From assembly GCA_965224245.1 (NCBI GenBank), contig OZ245046.1, positions 1,152,001 through 1,216,000 on the forward strand: DNA of 64,000 nt. Reading direction: 5' to 3'. Shown here piece after piece: positions 25,756-34,973 of the stretch. The notes beneath the pieces are model-generated. The model saw only the letters and a program-made list of their open reading frames with translations. It was not told the DNA's origin and did not search any database. The stretch is from Candidatus Eiseniibacteriota bacterium (GTDB lineage: Bacteria > Eisenbacteria > RBG-16-71-46 > CAZAMP01). The stretch's first letter is position 1. Each line of letters opens with the position of its first letter. A program made the position numbers and the translations under genes.

Positions 25756-28221
25756 GTGTCACTCGATGAGAAGCGCTCGATCTGGGATCGCCTGATCTAC
25801 GGCGCGGCGCTCGTGTTCGGTCTCGCGGCGCCGTGGTCCATCGCGCTGGCGCAGACCGGCATCGTGAGCCTGGCACTGTTCGCGATTGCCCGGCGGCTCT
25901 CGCGTCGATCGGCGCCACCGCCGTGGCCCTGGACGCTGATCGCGGTGGCGGCCTATCTTGTGGTTCAGGCGCTCTCGATCCCGCTCGGGATCCACCCGGG
26001 ACACTCTCTCTCCTGCTATCGCGGCTCGTGGGTGCTCCTGTTCCCGTTCGTGTTCTGGGACGTGTTGCAGGACGCGCGCGTCCGGCGGACGGCGAGCGTT
26101 GCCCTTCTCGTCAGCGGCACGCTGGCGGCCGCGTACGGCGTCCTTCAATACGTGCAGGGCGTCGACTGGCTGCACGATCGCGAGACGCTCGAGCGGGTCG
26201 GCAACGGCTACATGGCGGTCGGCAACCTGAGCAGTCACCTGACCTACGCGGGAGTCCAGCTCCCGATCTTCTTCCTCGCCATCGGGACCGCGCTCGCGAC
26301 GTGCGGCCGCCGCCGGGCGATCGCCGGGCTGGCGGCGGCCGTTCTGGGCGCGAGCGTGCTGCTGAGCTTCACGCGGTCGGCCTGGGTGGGGGCGGCCGCC
26401 GGCGTCGCGTTCGTCGTGATCGGCCTCGGATGGAGACGGGCCGCCGTCGTCGTCGGGGCGCTGGTCATTCTGGTGGGCGGGGTCGCGCTGAGCGACTCGG
26501 CGCTCGTCTCGCGATTCACGTCGATCCTGGACGTCACCGATCGGCCGCGGTGGCGACTCTGGCAGACCGCGCTCCGGATCCTGGCCGAGCATCCGGTGCT
26601 CGGGGCGGGCCTCGGGTCGTTTCCCGCGCTGTTCCCCGTCTACAAGGTGGCCGGCGTCTACAAGTCCACGATCCATCCGCACAGCGACGTGCTGAACGCG
26701 GCGGTGGAGACCGGGCTCGTGGGGGCGTCGGTATGGATCGGGATCTGGGTCGCGTTCTTCCGGGAGAGCCGCGTCGTGCGCGCGCTCGGGGCCCGGGCGT
26801 GGATCCCACGCGGGATCGCGGCCGGGGTGTTCGCCCTCCTCGTCGCGGGGCTGGGTCAGTGCTACTCGACCGACGAGGAGGTGGCCCAGGTCTGGTTCTT
26901 CCTGATGATCGTCGCGCTCGTCGAGAGCGGCCTCGACACCGAGGGCGGGCGAGCACCGCTCAAGCGCCTGCGGCGGAAGGCAAAGGCGTGGTCGTTGCCG
27001 CTGGCGAGGCGGCTCTTCGCGAGGCGCGGCGAGGTACCGGCGACGTCGCCGTCACCCGGTCCCCCGACGGCGTCCCGGCGATCGTCGTGGCCCGGTGACC
27101 TCGCCGGGCCCGGATCCGTCCTCGTCGTGCGCCCCGACGATCGTCTCGGCAACCTGATTCTGATGACCCCGTTCCTGGCCCGGCTCCGCGACGCGCTTCC
27201 CGGGGCCCGCATCGGCATGCTCGTGGGCAGCGTGTACGCCCCGCTCCTTCGCGCCTGGCCGTGGGTCGACACGCTGATCGTGCAGGACAAGCGGGCACAC
27301 ATCCGGGCTCCCTGGACGTTCGGCACCTGGCTGGCCGGAATCCGGAGCGCGCGCTGGGACGTCGCGTTCGAGATGTCGAATCACAACACCCACTCGTACT
27401 ACAGCTGCCTCCTGGCGCTCGCGTCCGGCGCGTCCGAGCGAGTGGGCTTCGACGAGCCCCGGAACCAGGACGTGCTCACGCGCCCGGTGCCGGCGCCGGA
27501 CGCGACGATGCACTTCTCGCTCACGCCGCTGACGCTGCTCGGGTCGATGGGCTGGCCGGCCGAGCCGCTCGCGATCTCGTGCCCGCTCGCGGATGGGGAT
27601 GACGGGGCGACGCCGGCGATGTCACCGCCCCTCGACGGGCCGTACGTGATCGTCCACGTCGGCGGCCGCGGCACCAAGAGCCTCGACGACGAGGCGTGGA
27701 GCGCCTTTCTCGATGCGGCGACCAATCTCTTCGATGGGACGATCGTGCTGATCGCCGGGCCGGGCGAGCGGGATCGGCTGCGCTTCCTCCGTGCCATGGC
27801 CAGCGAGGCGGGGTCCGATGGCGACCGCGTGCGCGTGGCGCCTCCGCTGGAGCCGGTCGCGCTCGCGAGGCTGATCCGGGGGGCGGCGTGCTACGTCGGA
27901 TGCGATACGGGGGTCATGCACCTCGCGGTCGCGCTCGGGACCCCGACGGCTGCCCTCTTCTTTCGATCAAACCCCTATCATTACGCCCCTCTGGGGCGGC
28001 AACATGCCACCGTGCTCCTGGCCAATCCGTACGGCGTGGAGCCCGAGATCTGGAAGGGCGCCTCGGCGCTCGACCGCAGTCGTCTGGTGATCGCCCACGG
28101 GGACTCGCCGCGCTCGGCGGCCGGCGTCCCCGAGACCGGGGCGCGGGCGAACGCGGCCATGCTCGATGCGTTCTCGTTCACGCTGTCGAGCGGGACCGGA
28201 ACCCTCGACGTTCGGACCTGA
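25756..28221 (+). CDS. O-antigen ligase (WaaL/Wzy_C) fused to a GT9 glycosyltransferase (heptosyltransferase family)
   Basis: N-half polytopic with SFTRSAW, R.RLWQ...HPVLGAGLG and HPHSDVL; C-half VLVVRPDDRLGNLIL and GCDTGVMHLAVALGTPT; one uninterrupted frame. Confidence 0.85.
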   Translation: MSLDEKRSIWDRLIYGAALVFGLAAPWSIALAQTGIVSLALFAIARRLSRRSAPPPWPWTLIAVAAYLVVQALSIPLGIHPGHSLSCYRGSWVLLFPFVFWDVLQDARVRRTASVALLVSGTLAAAYGVLQYVQGVDWLHDRETLERVGNGYMAVGNLSSHLTYAGVQLPIFFLAIGTALATCGRRRAIAGLAAAVLGASVLLSFTRSAWVGAAAGVAFVVIGLGWRRAAVVVGALVILVGGVALSDSALVSRFTSILDVTDRPRWRLWQTALRILAEHPVLGAGLGSFPALFPVYKVAGVYKSTIHPHSDVLNAAVETGLVGASVWIGIWVAFFRESRVVRALGARAWIPRGIAAGVFALLVAGLGQCYSTDEEVAQVWFFLMIVALVESGLDTEGGRAPLKRLRRKAKAWSLPLARRLFARRGEVPATSPSPGPPTASRRSSWPGDLAGPGSVLVVRPDDRLGNLILMTPFLARLRDALPGARIGMLVGSVYAPLLRAWPWVDTLIVQDKRAHIRAPWTFGTWLAGIRSARWDVAFEMSNHNTHSYYSCLLALASGASERVGFDEPRNQDVLTRPVPAPDATMHFSLTPLTLLGSMGWPAEPLAISCPLADGDDGATPAMSPPLDGPYVIVHVGGRGTKSLDDEAWSAFLDAATNLFDGTIVLIAGPGERDRLRFLRAMASEAGSDGDRVRVAPPLEPVALARLIRGAACYVGCDTGVMHLAVALGTPTAALFFRSNPYHYAPLGRQHATVLLANPYGVEPEIWKGASALDRSRLVIAHGDSPRSAAGVPETGARANAAMLDAFSFTLSSGTGTLDVRT

Positions 28222-28224
28222 GAC

Positions 28225-30240
28225 ATGCGATTCGTGCAAGCCCGACTCTACGGACGCCTCCTGACGTTCCTGCGACCCCACCTGGGGACGCTCGTGGCGT
28301 CGGTGATCTTCATGATGGGATTCGCCGCGCTGAGCGGGTTCTCGCTCGCCATGATCGTGCCGTTCACCGAGATCGTCCTGTCCGGTGACGGTCCGGCCGA
28401 GCTGGCGACGCGCCACGATCGCACGTCCGGCGACGTGACTCTCCCCCCGGGAGTGGCCACGCCGGGCGACGACGGTGCGAGCGTCGCGGGGGACGAGGCG
28501 AGCACGAGTGGCGGCGGCGTGCGAGGCGTGGAGGCCGGCGGCAACCCGACATCCGGCGGCGAACGGCTCGATCTCCGCGCCGAGGTGGAGCGGCGTTTCT
28601 ACGACGCGATAAGCGGATCCACGCGGCGTTCCACCGTGAGTCGCTTCTGTCTCGCGGTGCTCCTGATCTTTCTGGCCAAGAACCTCTTCTGGTACGCGCA
28701 GAGCTTCCTGATCGTGAAGGTCGAACAGAACGTCATTCGCGACATCCGGAACCGCGTGTTCCGGCACTATCAGACGCTCTCGCTCGACTACTTCTCCGCC
28801 CACAACACCGGCACGCTGATCTCGCGCGTGACGAACGACATCGATCTGATCCGGGGCGCGATCGCCAACGGATTCGCCAACCTCATCCGCCAGAGCTTGC
28901 TCCTCTGCGTGTATCTGATCACGGTGCTCCTGGCCAACTGGCAGCTCTTTCTACTGGCCGTGCTCGTGCTGCCGCCGAACCTGTGGCTGATCGATCGGAT
29001 CGGGAGCACGCTGCGCCGGTCCAGCCGCGTCTCGCAGTCGAAGATGGCGCGGCTCACCGCGGTGCTGGACGAAGCGATCGGCGGCATGCGCATCGTCAAG
29101 GCGTTCGGGCTGGAGCGAAACCGGATCGAGCACTTCGGCGACGCCACCGAGAGCTACGCGCGTGTGATGATCCGGATGACACGCATCGGATCCCTCGCGT
29201 CGCCGTTGACCGAGATGCTGGGAGTGCTCGTGGCCGTCGGGATCCTCTGGTGGGTGGGAACGCGCGTGACCGACGGCAGCGCCACGTCCGGGCGCTTCCT
29301 AGTGTTCCTCGTCGGCATGTTGTCGATGATGCAGCCGATCAAGCAGCTCTCCCAGGTGAACATGCGCGTGCAGCAGGGGCTCGCGGCCGCCCGGCGGGTG
29401 TTCGACGTCATCGACACCGTGCCCACCGTGCGTGAGCGAGCAGACGCGCGCCGGGTCACCGGCGTCGAGGACGCGGTCCGGTTCGAGGGCGTCGAGTTCC
29501 GCTACCGCGAGGACAGCGCCGTGCTCCGAGGCATCGACCTCGAGATCCCCAGGGGGTCGGTCGTGGCGCTCGTGGGACCGTCGGGCGCGGGAAAGTCCAC
29601 GATGGCAGACCTGGTGCCGCGCTTCCACGATCCGACCGGGGGGCGCCTGACGCTCGACGGCGTGGACCTGCGCGATCTCCGCCTGGCCGATCTCCGCCGC
29701 AACATCGGCATCGTCACCCAGGACACGATCCTGTTCGAGGGGAGCGTCCGCGAGAACGTCGCCATGGGGCGAGAGGGCGCCAGCGACGCCGAGGTCGAGG
29801 CGGCCTGCCGCGCGGCCAATGCGCACGAGTTCATCGTGAAGATGTCGGACGGGTACGACACGTGGATCGGCGAACGGGGTCGCCTGCTCTCGGGAGGACA
29901 GCGGCAGCGTCTGTCCATCGCCCGCGCGCTGTTGCGCAATCCGCCGATCCTGATCCTGGACGAGGCGACGTCGTCACTCGACTCGGAGTCCGAGGCGCTC
30001 GTCCAGGAGGCGATCCTGCACTTGCTCCGGGACCGCACGTCGATCGTCGTCGCGCACCGGCTCTCGACGGTCCGCCACGCCGACAAGATCGTCGTCCTGT
30101 CGGAAGGGCGCATCGTGCAGACGGGCACCCACGACGAGCTGATGGCCACGCCGGGGCTGTACCGCAAGCTGTACGAGATGCAGCAGCTCGAAAGCCAGAC
30201 CCCGTCGCGGGACTGGGTGGTGGCACCGGAGGAATCGTGA
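28225..30240 (+). CDS. MsbA-like ABC exporter (TMD+NBD)
   Basis: G.LISRVTND, GPSGAGKS, LSGGQRQR, ILDEATSSLD and AHRLST; LPS gene context. Confidence 0.88.
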   Translation: MRFVQARLYGRLLTFLRPHLGTLVASVIFMMGFAALSGFSLAMIVPFTEIVLSGDGPAELATRHDRTSGDVTLPPGVATPGDDGASVAGDEASTSGGGVRGVEAGGNPTSGGERLDLRAEVERRFYDAISGSTRRSTVSRFCLAVLLIFLAKNLFWYAQSFLIVKVEQNVIRDIRNRVFRHYQTLSLDYFSAHNTGTLISRVTNDIDLIRGAIANGFANLIRQSLLLCVYLITVLLANWQLFLLAVLVLPPNLWLIDRIGSTLRRSSRVSQSKMARLTAVLDEAIGGMRIVKAFGLERNRIEHFGDATESYARVMIRMTRIGSLASPLTEMLGVLVAVGILWWVGTRVTDGSATSGRFLVFLVGMLSMMQPIKQLSQVNMRVQQGLAAARRVFDVIDTVPTVRERADARRVTGVEDAVRFEGVEFRYREDSAVLRGIDLEIPRGSVVALVGPSGAGKSTMADLVPRFHDPTGGRLTLDGVDLRDLRLADLRRNIGIVTQDTILFEGSVRENVAMGREGASDAEVEAACRAANAHEFIVKMSDGYDTWIGERGRLLSGGQRQRLSIARALLRNPPILILDEATSSLDSESEALVQEAILHLLRDRTSIVVAHRLSTVRHADKIVVLSEGRIVQTGTHDELMATPGLYRKLYEMQQLESQTPSRDWVVAPEES

Positions 30241-30821
30241 CGTTGCCGTTCGGCCTGCTCGTCGCGGGCGGGATCCTGGCCGCCGCGGCCGCGGCCGCGG
30301 TCGAGGGCGATGTCGAGTCGCGCGTGCTGCAAGGCATGGTGGTGGCGTGCCCCGGCGCCGAGATCGTGACCCTCGGGGCGCCCGACGTGGCAGCCCTCTC
30401 GCTGGATGACATGGCGCCGGGAGGTCCTCCGATCGGGGAGGAAGGCCAGCCGCCGTGTGTGATCTGGTCGCCCGACAGCGCGGCGCGCGTCGTGCTCACG
30501 TTCATCGACTCACCACCCCAGTGCTTCGTTCGGTCGTCGCGACACGGGATCGGAAGCGCCGTCCTCCACGACTTCACCGGACGCGATCTGCTATCGGCGG
30601 AGTGGATCGATCCCGATCGCTTTCTCACGATCACGTCTCCTCGTGACTCTCTCTTCGCCGAGCTCGATGGTCCATTGCGCGCGACGCTCGACGACTTCGC
30701 CCGTCACGAGCGAACGACGTGGGAGCCCGTCTTTCGCGGAGAGCTTCCGGAGTCGTCGGCGCTGGCGGACACCGTCCGTCGGCGGGAATCGCACGACGCT
30801 TGCGGCGCCGAGCACCCCTGA
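30237..30821 (+). CDS. Hypothetical exported protein
   Basis: GTG overlapping the ABC stop after GGAGG; Ala-rich signal peptide. Confidence 0.55.
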   Translation: MTLPFGLLVAGGILAAAAAAAVEGDVESRVLQGMVVACPGAEIVTLGAPDVAALSLDDMAPGGPPIGEEGQPPCVIWSPDSAARVVLTFIDSPPQCFVRSSRHGIGSAVLHDFTGRDLLSAEWIDPDRFLTITSPRDSLFAELDGPLRATLDDFARHERTTWEPVFRGELPESSALADTVRRRESHDACGAEHP

Positions 30822-30926
30822 GCTCGCTCCGGCGGGCGTCTCTGCCCGAGGCGTTCGCGCCCTCGGGATGTGCTAGAGTCGATCTCTCGATCCCTCGAAG
30901 ACCCCGCGGCTCTGCCGGAGACGCCC

Positions 30927-33587
30927 GTGAAACCGTCCATGCTCTGTCTCGTCCCGCTCGTCATCGGCTGGGCCGCCGCCGATGCCCACGCCCAGATCGA
31001 CGTCCGGGACGAGATCTTCTACCAGATCATGCCGATCGCGTGGCGCGACGCCGACGGTGACACGTACCGGTTCGGGGACTTCGGCGGAATGACCGCGTCG
31101 CTCGGCTACCTCGGCGACCTCGGCGTGACCGCGATCTGGCTGAACCCGATCTTTCCATCGCCGGCGTATCACGGCTATCAGCACGGCCGCGCCGACGAGC
31201 TGAACGCCTGGTTCGGCACCGACTCCGACTTCGTCGCCTTCGTGGAGGCGGCGCACGCCGCCGGGATCAAGGTCTTCGTGGATCTCGTGTGCTACGGGAT
31301 CAGTCACGATTCTCCGTGGTTCGCCGACGCGTACGGCAACCCGGCGAGCCCGTACGACACGTGGCTGGCGTTCGAGAACCCGGCGAACACCGAGTACCTC
31401 GGCAGCGTCTACACGACGTGGAACGGATCGACGGTGGGCTTCATCCACTGGGACCTGCGCGATTCGAACCCCGTGTCGCTGGTCACCGGCTGGGCCGAGA
31501 AGTGGCTCGACCCCGACGGCAACGGCGACTTCACCGACGGGATCGACGGCTACCGCCTCGATCACGTCTGGCGCACGTATCCCTACGGACCCGACGGCTG
31601 GGGCTACCACCTCGACACGTTCTGGGCGCCCTGGCGCGATGCGCTTCGGGCCGTGAATCCCGACGTGTTCGTCTTCGCCGAGCAGGCCGACTGGGGCTCG
31701 CACGGCTCGGAGCTCCTGTCCGGGCTGGACGCCGCGTTCACCAAGCCCTTCGAGTTCGCCGCACGCCATGCGCTCCAGATCGAGGAGTCCGGTCCGCTGT
31801 ACGGAGAGATGGCCACCACCCTGGCCACGCTGAACGGCGTGACCGAGGGCACGTACCTGTGCACGATCGGCAATCACGACGTGGATCGTCTGGCCACGTC
31901 GATCGGGGACGACTTCGAGAAAGGCAAGGCCGCGGCGGCGGTCCTCTTGACCCAGCCGCTGCCGCCGGTCATCTACCACGGCGACGAGATCGGAATGCGC
32001 GGAGCGAAGGACGGCTCGCTGGGCAGCGACGCGTCGGACATCCCGATGCGCGAGCCCTTCAAGTGGAACGCGGTGGCCGGCCCGCCGATGTCGAACTACT
32101 ACGCGGCGAACCCCGGCGCCTACGCGGCCAGCGTCTCGCATGACCACGACGGCCGGAGCGTCGAGGAGCAGCTGGGCGTCCCGGGATCGCTTCTCGAGGC
32201 TTACCGGCAGCTCATCGGCATTCGGGCCGACAACGTGGCGCTTCGTCGGGGAGCGTATCTACCGGTTACCACGACGTCGATGCGCGCCTGGGCCTTCGTG
32301 CGTGATCATCCCGACCAGCAGGTCCTGGTCGCCGTCAACGTATCTGGCAGTCCCGCGTCGTTCACGGCGGACCTGAGCGCGTACGGTATCCCCGGGGGAA
32401 GCACCACGCCGATCGACCTCGTGAGCGGGGCATCGCTGCCACCATTGACCGATGCGAACAAGTCCGCTTACGCGATCAGCCTCGCCCCGTACCAGGTCCT
32501 GATCCTCGACGTGGATCTGGCGGCGCCGGAGCCACCGGTGAGCCTGGTCGACGGTCGCGACATCCCGGACGAGTTCGGCGCCGGCGCCCACGTCGCGACG
32601 CAGGACACGCCCACGTCCCTCGGCGACAACCTCTCGGAGCTGGACGAGCTCTACGTGCGGCGCGAGGGCGAGGTCGTGTTCGTGGGCGCCACCGGTAACC
32701 TCGCACTCGACGGCACGGGCTTCGCGCTCCTCGTGGACGCGATGGCGGGCGGACAGAACGTCCTCGACATGACGGGCGCGAGCCCGCCGCCGTCGGGGCC
32801 CGAGGCCCTGACCGGCATGCGGCTCGACGCCGGCTTCGAGCCCGAGCGCATGCTCTTCGTGAACGCGTTCGGGGGAAACGTCTACGTCGACGAGTATCGC
32901 CTGCTGACCGGGGGCGGGACCACGAAGACGTATCGCGGGGTCGGACTCGTGAACGCCGGGAACGGCTTCCTGTCGGGCGGCGTGAACCCGAACGGCCTCG
33001 AGGTGGCGCTCGACGACACGAACGTCGATGGCGTGACCGACACCGACGCGTCCGGCGCCGCCACCGCGACGACCGGCTTCGAGCTGGCGATCCCCGTCGA
33101 AGATCTGGAGCTGCCGCCCGACGCCGAGACGATGGGCGTCGCCGCGTTTCTGCTTCTGACCTCGGGCGAGGTCTCGAACCAGTGGCTGCCGGGGGTCGGC
33201 GGCATCATGGGTCTCCTGGGCGTGGCGCCCGACATGACCGCCATTGCGGGAGATCAGTTCGGGATCGCGACGCTGGACGACCTGGCCGCCACGCCGCCCG
33301 GCGCGGCCGGCGGTTCGAGGCTCACGGTCTCGGCGAGAATGACCCGAGGCCCCCTGGCCCGGATCCGCATCGCGTCGCCCCGGGCCGGGTCGGTTCGGGT
33401 CACGATCACCGACGTGGCCGGGCGCGAGGTCGCAGAGCTCCGGCGCGACGTCGCCGGACCCGGTGACGTCGTCTTCACGTGGGCCGGTGACGACGTTCAC
33501 GGACGTTCGGTGGGGGCCGGCGTCTATCTCGTACGCGCGCAGCTCGGGCGCGACGCCGCCACGACACGGATCGTGTGGATCCCGTGA
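30927..33587 (+). CDS. Secreted GH13 alpha-amylase family protein with an accessory beta domain and FlgD-like C-terminal domain
   Basis: IFYQI, GVTAIWLNP, YHGY, GYRLD, FAE and GNHD catalytic motifs; CTD DVAGREV...W.G.D..G...AGVY; TGcTAGAGT at 30871. Confidence 0.88.
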   Translation: MKPSMLCLVPLVIGWAAADAHAQIDVRDEIFYQIMPIAWRDADGDTYRFGDFGGMTASLGYLGDLGVTAIWLNPIFPSPAYHGYQHGRADELNAWFGTDSDFVAFVEAAHAAGIKVFVDLVCYGISHDSPWFADAYGNPASPYDTWLAFENPANTEYLGSVYTTWNGSTVGFIHWDLRDSNPVSLVTGWAEKWLDPDGNGDFTDGIDGYRLDHVWRTYPYGPDGWGYHLDTFWAPWRDALRAVNPDVFVFAEQADWGSHGSELLSGLDAAFTKPFEFAARHALQIEESGPLYGEMATTLATLNGVTEGTYLCTIGNHDVDRLATSIGDDFEKGKAAAAVLLTQPLPPVIYHGDEIGMRGAKDGSLGSDASDIPMREPFKWNAVAGPPMSNYYAANPGAYAASVSHDHDGRSVEEQLGVPGSLLEAYRQLIGIRADNVALRRGAYLPVTTTSMRAWAFVRDHPDQQVLVAVNVSGSPASFTADLSAYGIPGGSTTPIDLVSGASLPPLTDANKSAYAISLAPYQVLILDVDLAAPEPPVSLVDGRDIPDEFGAGAHVATQDTPTSLGDNLSELDELYVRREGEVVFVGATGNLALDGTGFALLVDAMAGGQNVLDMTGASPPPSGPEALTGMRLDAGFEPERMLFVNAFGGNVYVDEYRLLTGGGTTKTYRGVGLVNAGNGFLSGGVNPNGLEVALDDTNVDGVTDTDASGAATATTGFELAIPVEDLELPPDAETMGVAAFLLLTSGEVSNQWLPGVGGIMGLLGVAPDMTAIAGDQFGIATLDDLAATPPGAAGGSRLTVSARMTRGPLARIRIASPRAGSVRVTITDVAGREVAELRRDVAGPGDVVFTWAGDDVHGRSVGAGVYLVRAQLGRDAATTRIVWIP

Positions 33588-34138
33588 AGCGTGTCGACGC
33601 GATCGCCAGGCATCGGCGGTCGGTCTGGCGCCTCGTCGTCCTCGCGGTCGCGTTCGCGCACGCGGGGTGTGCCGTCGATCGCGGCCGCGCCGCCGGGGCC
33701 GAGGACGTCGCGGCCCTCTACGCGTCGTATCGCCGCGCGTTCCCCGACGTCCCCGAGATCTCGGTCGAGGCGCTGATGGCCGCGCGCGACGAGGCCCGGC
33801 CCGGCGAGGGCGAGGTCGTCCTGGTGGACGTGCGCGACGCATCCGAGCGCGCGGTCTCGGTGATTCCCGGTGCGATCTCGGTGGAGGAGCTCCAGGCGGC
33901 GGGTGACGTGATTCAGGATCGGCTCGTCGTCACCTACTGCACGATCGGCTATCGCAGCGGGCGTTACGCCGAGCGGCTCCTGGAGCGCGACTTCCGGGTG
34001 GCGAACCTCGAGGGGAGCCTTCTGGCCTGGATCCATGCTGGCGGGGCGCTGGTCGACGCCGAGGGACCCACGCGACGGGTACACGTGTACGGAAAGCGAT
34101 GGAATCTGCTGCCGGCCGGGTACGAGCCGGTCTGGTAG
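33584..34138 (+). CDS. Rhodanese-like domain lipoprotein
   Basis: HAGC lipobox-like; LVDVR..ERAVSVIPGA, YCTIGYRS and NLEGSLLAW; GTGA overlap with the amylase. Confidence 0.85.
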   Translation: MKRVDAIARHRRSVWRLVVLAVAFAHAGCAVDRGRAAGAEDVAALYASYRRAFPDVPEISVEALMAARDEARPGEGEVVLVDVRDASERAVSVIPGAISVEELQAAGDVIQDRLVVTYCTIGYRSGRYAERLLERDFRVANLEGSLLAWIHAGGALVDAEGPTRRVHVYGKRWNLLPAGYEPVW

Positions 34139-34175
34139 ATCGACGAGCGGATGGGCCGAGAGGGGACGTTCCGGG

Positions 34176-34925
34176 ATGCGACTGACGACACGCCTGACCG
34201 CGATGCTGGCCACGTGGGCGGTGCTGGGCGCGACGTCGCCGGCCGGGTCGTCCATCGCGGCGGGTGGCGCCGATGTGCCCGACGTGTGGCCACCCCGGGT
34301 GCTGGCGGCGCTCCCCGCCGCGGATCCGCCCCCGGCGGGGTGGCCGGTTCTCCTGATGCTTCACGGCTACGGCGTGAACAAGGACGACTTCGACGACGTG
34401 GCCGGGTCGCTGTCGGACCACGGGGTGGCGGTCGTCGCGATCGACGGACCCGAGGATCTGGGCGGTGGTCGCCGGCAGTGGGGTCCTGCGTCGGACGTGA
34501 GTCGAACTCACGAGTACGTCCGGGACCGGCTCACGCCGCTCGCGGACGATGCGCGCTTCGACTGGTCGGCCCTCCACGTCGGCGGATTCTCGCAGGGTGC
34601 AACCCACGCGATCTTCCTCGCGCTCACCCATCCGGAGACCTACGACGGCGTGCTGGCGATCTCGCCCGCCGGGGGCAACGTCCCCGAATCCTGGGAGCCG
34701 GGCCCCGGGGCGCACCGGCTCTTCCTCGTCCTCGGCGAGGCCGAGCACGCCGGCATCGAGCGATCGGTCGCGAGCGCGCAGGCCCTGTGGACGACGGCCG
34801 GCCGGGATGTCCGGATCCATCGGCATCCCGGTGGTCACCACTTTCCACCCGACTGGCCGGCGGTCCTCGGCGAAGCCGTGGAGTGGCTGGCCGGGATCGA
34901 GCCGACGGCCGCCGGCAGCCGGTGA
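34176..34925 (+). CDS. Exported alpha/beta hydrolase (phospholipase/carboxylesterase-like)
   Basis: LMLHGYG, GGFSQG nucleophile elbow and HPGGH. Confidence 0.85.
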   Translation: MRLTTRLTAMLATWAVLGATSPAGSSIAAGGADVPDVWPPRVLAALPAADPPPAGWPVLLMLHGYGVNKDDFDDVAGSLSDHGVAVVAIDGPEDLGGGRRQWGPASDVSRTHEYVRDRLTPLADDARFDWSALHVGGFSQGATHAIFLALTHPETYDGVLAISPAGGNVPESWEPGPGAHRLFLVLGEAEHAGIERSVASAQALWTTAGRDVRIHRHPGGHHFPPDWPAVLGEAVEWLAGIEPTAAGSR

Positions 34926-34927
34926 CC

Positions 34928-34967
34928 GCGCAGGGCGCGCTGCGCACGGCGCGCTGCGCACGGCGCG
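34928..34967. repeat. About three tandem copies of a 14-bp unit GCGCACGGCGCGCT
   Basis: Fills the spacer between two convergent genes; first copy has one mismatch, third is partial. Confidence 0.75.
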
Positions 34968-34973
34968 GGCGAC

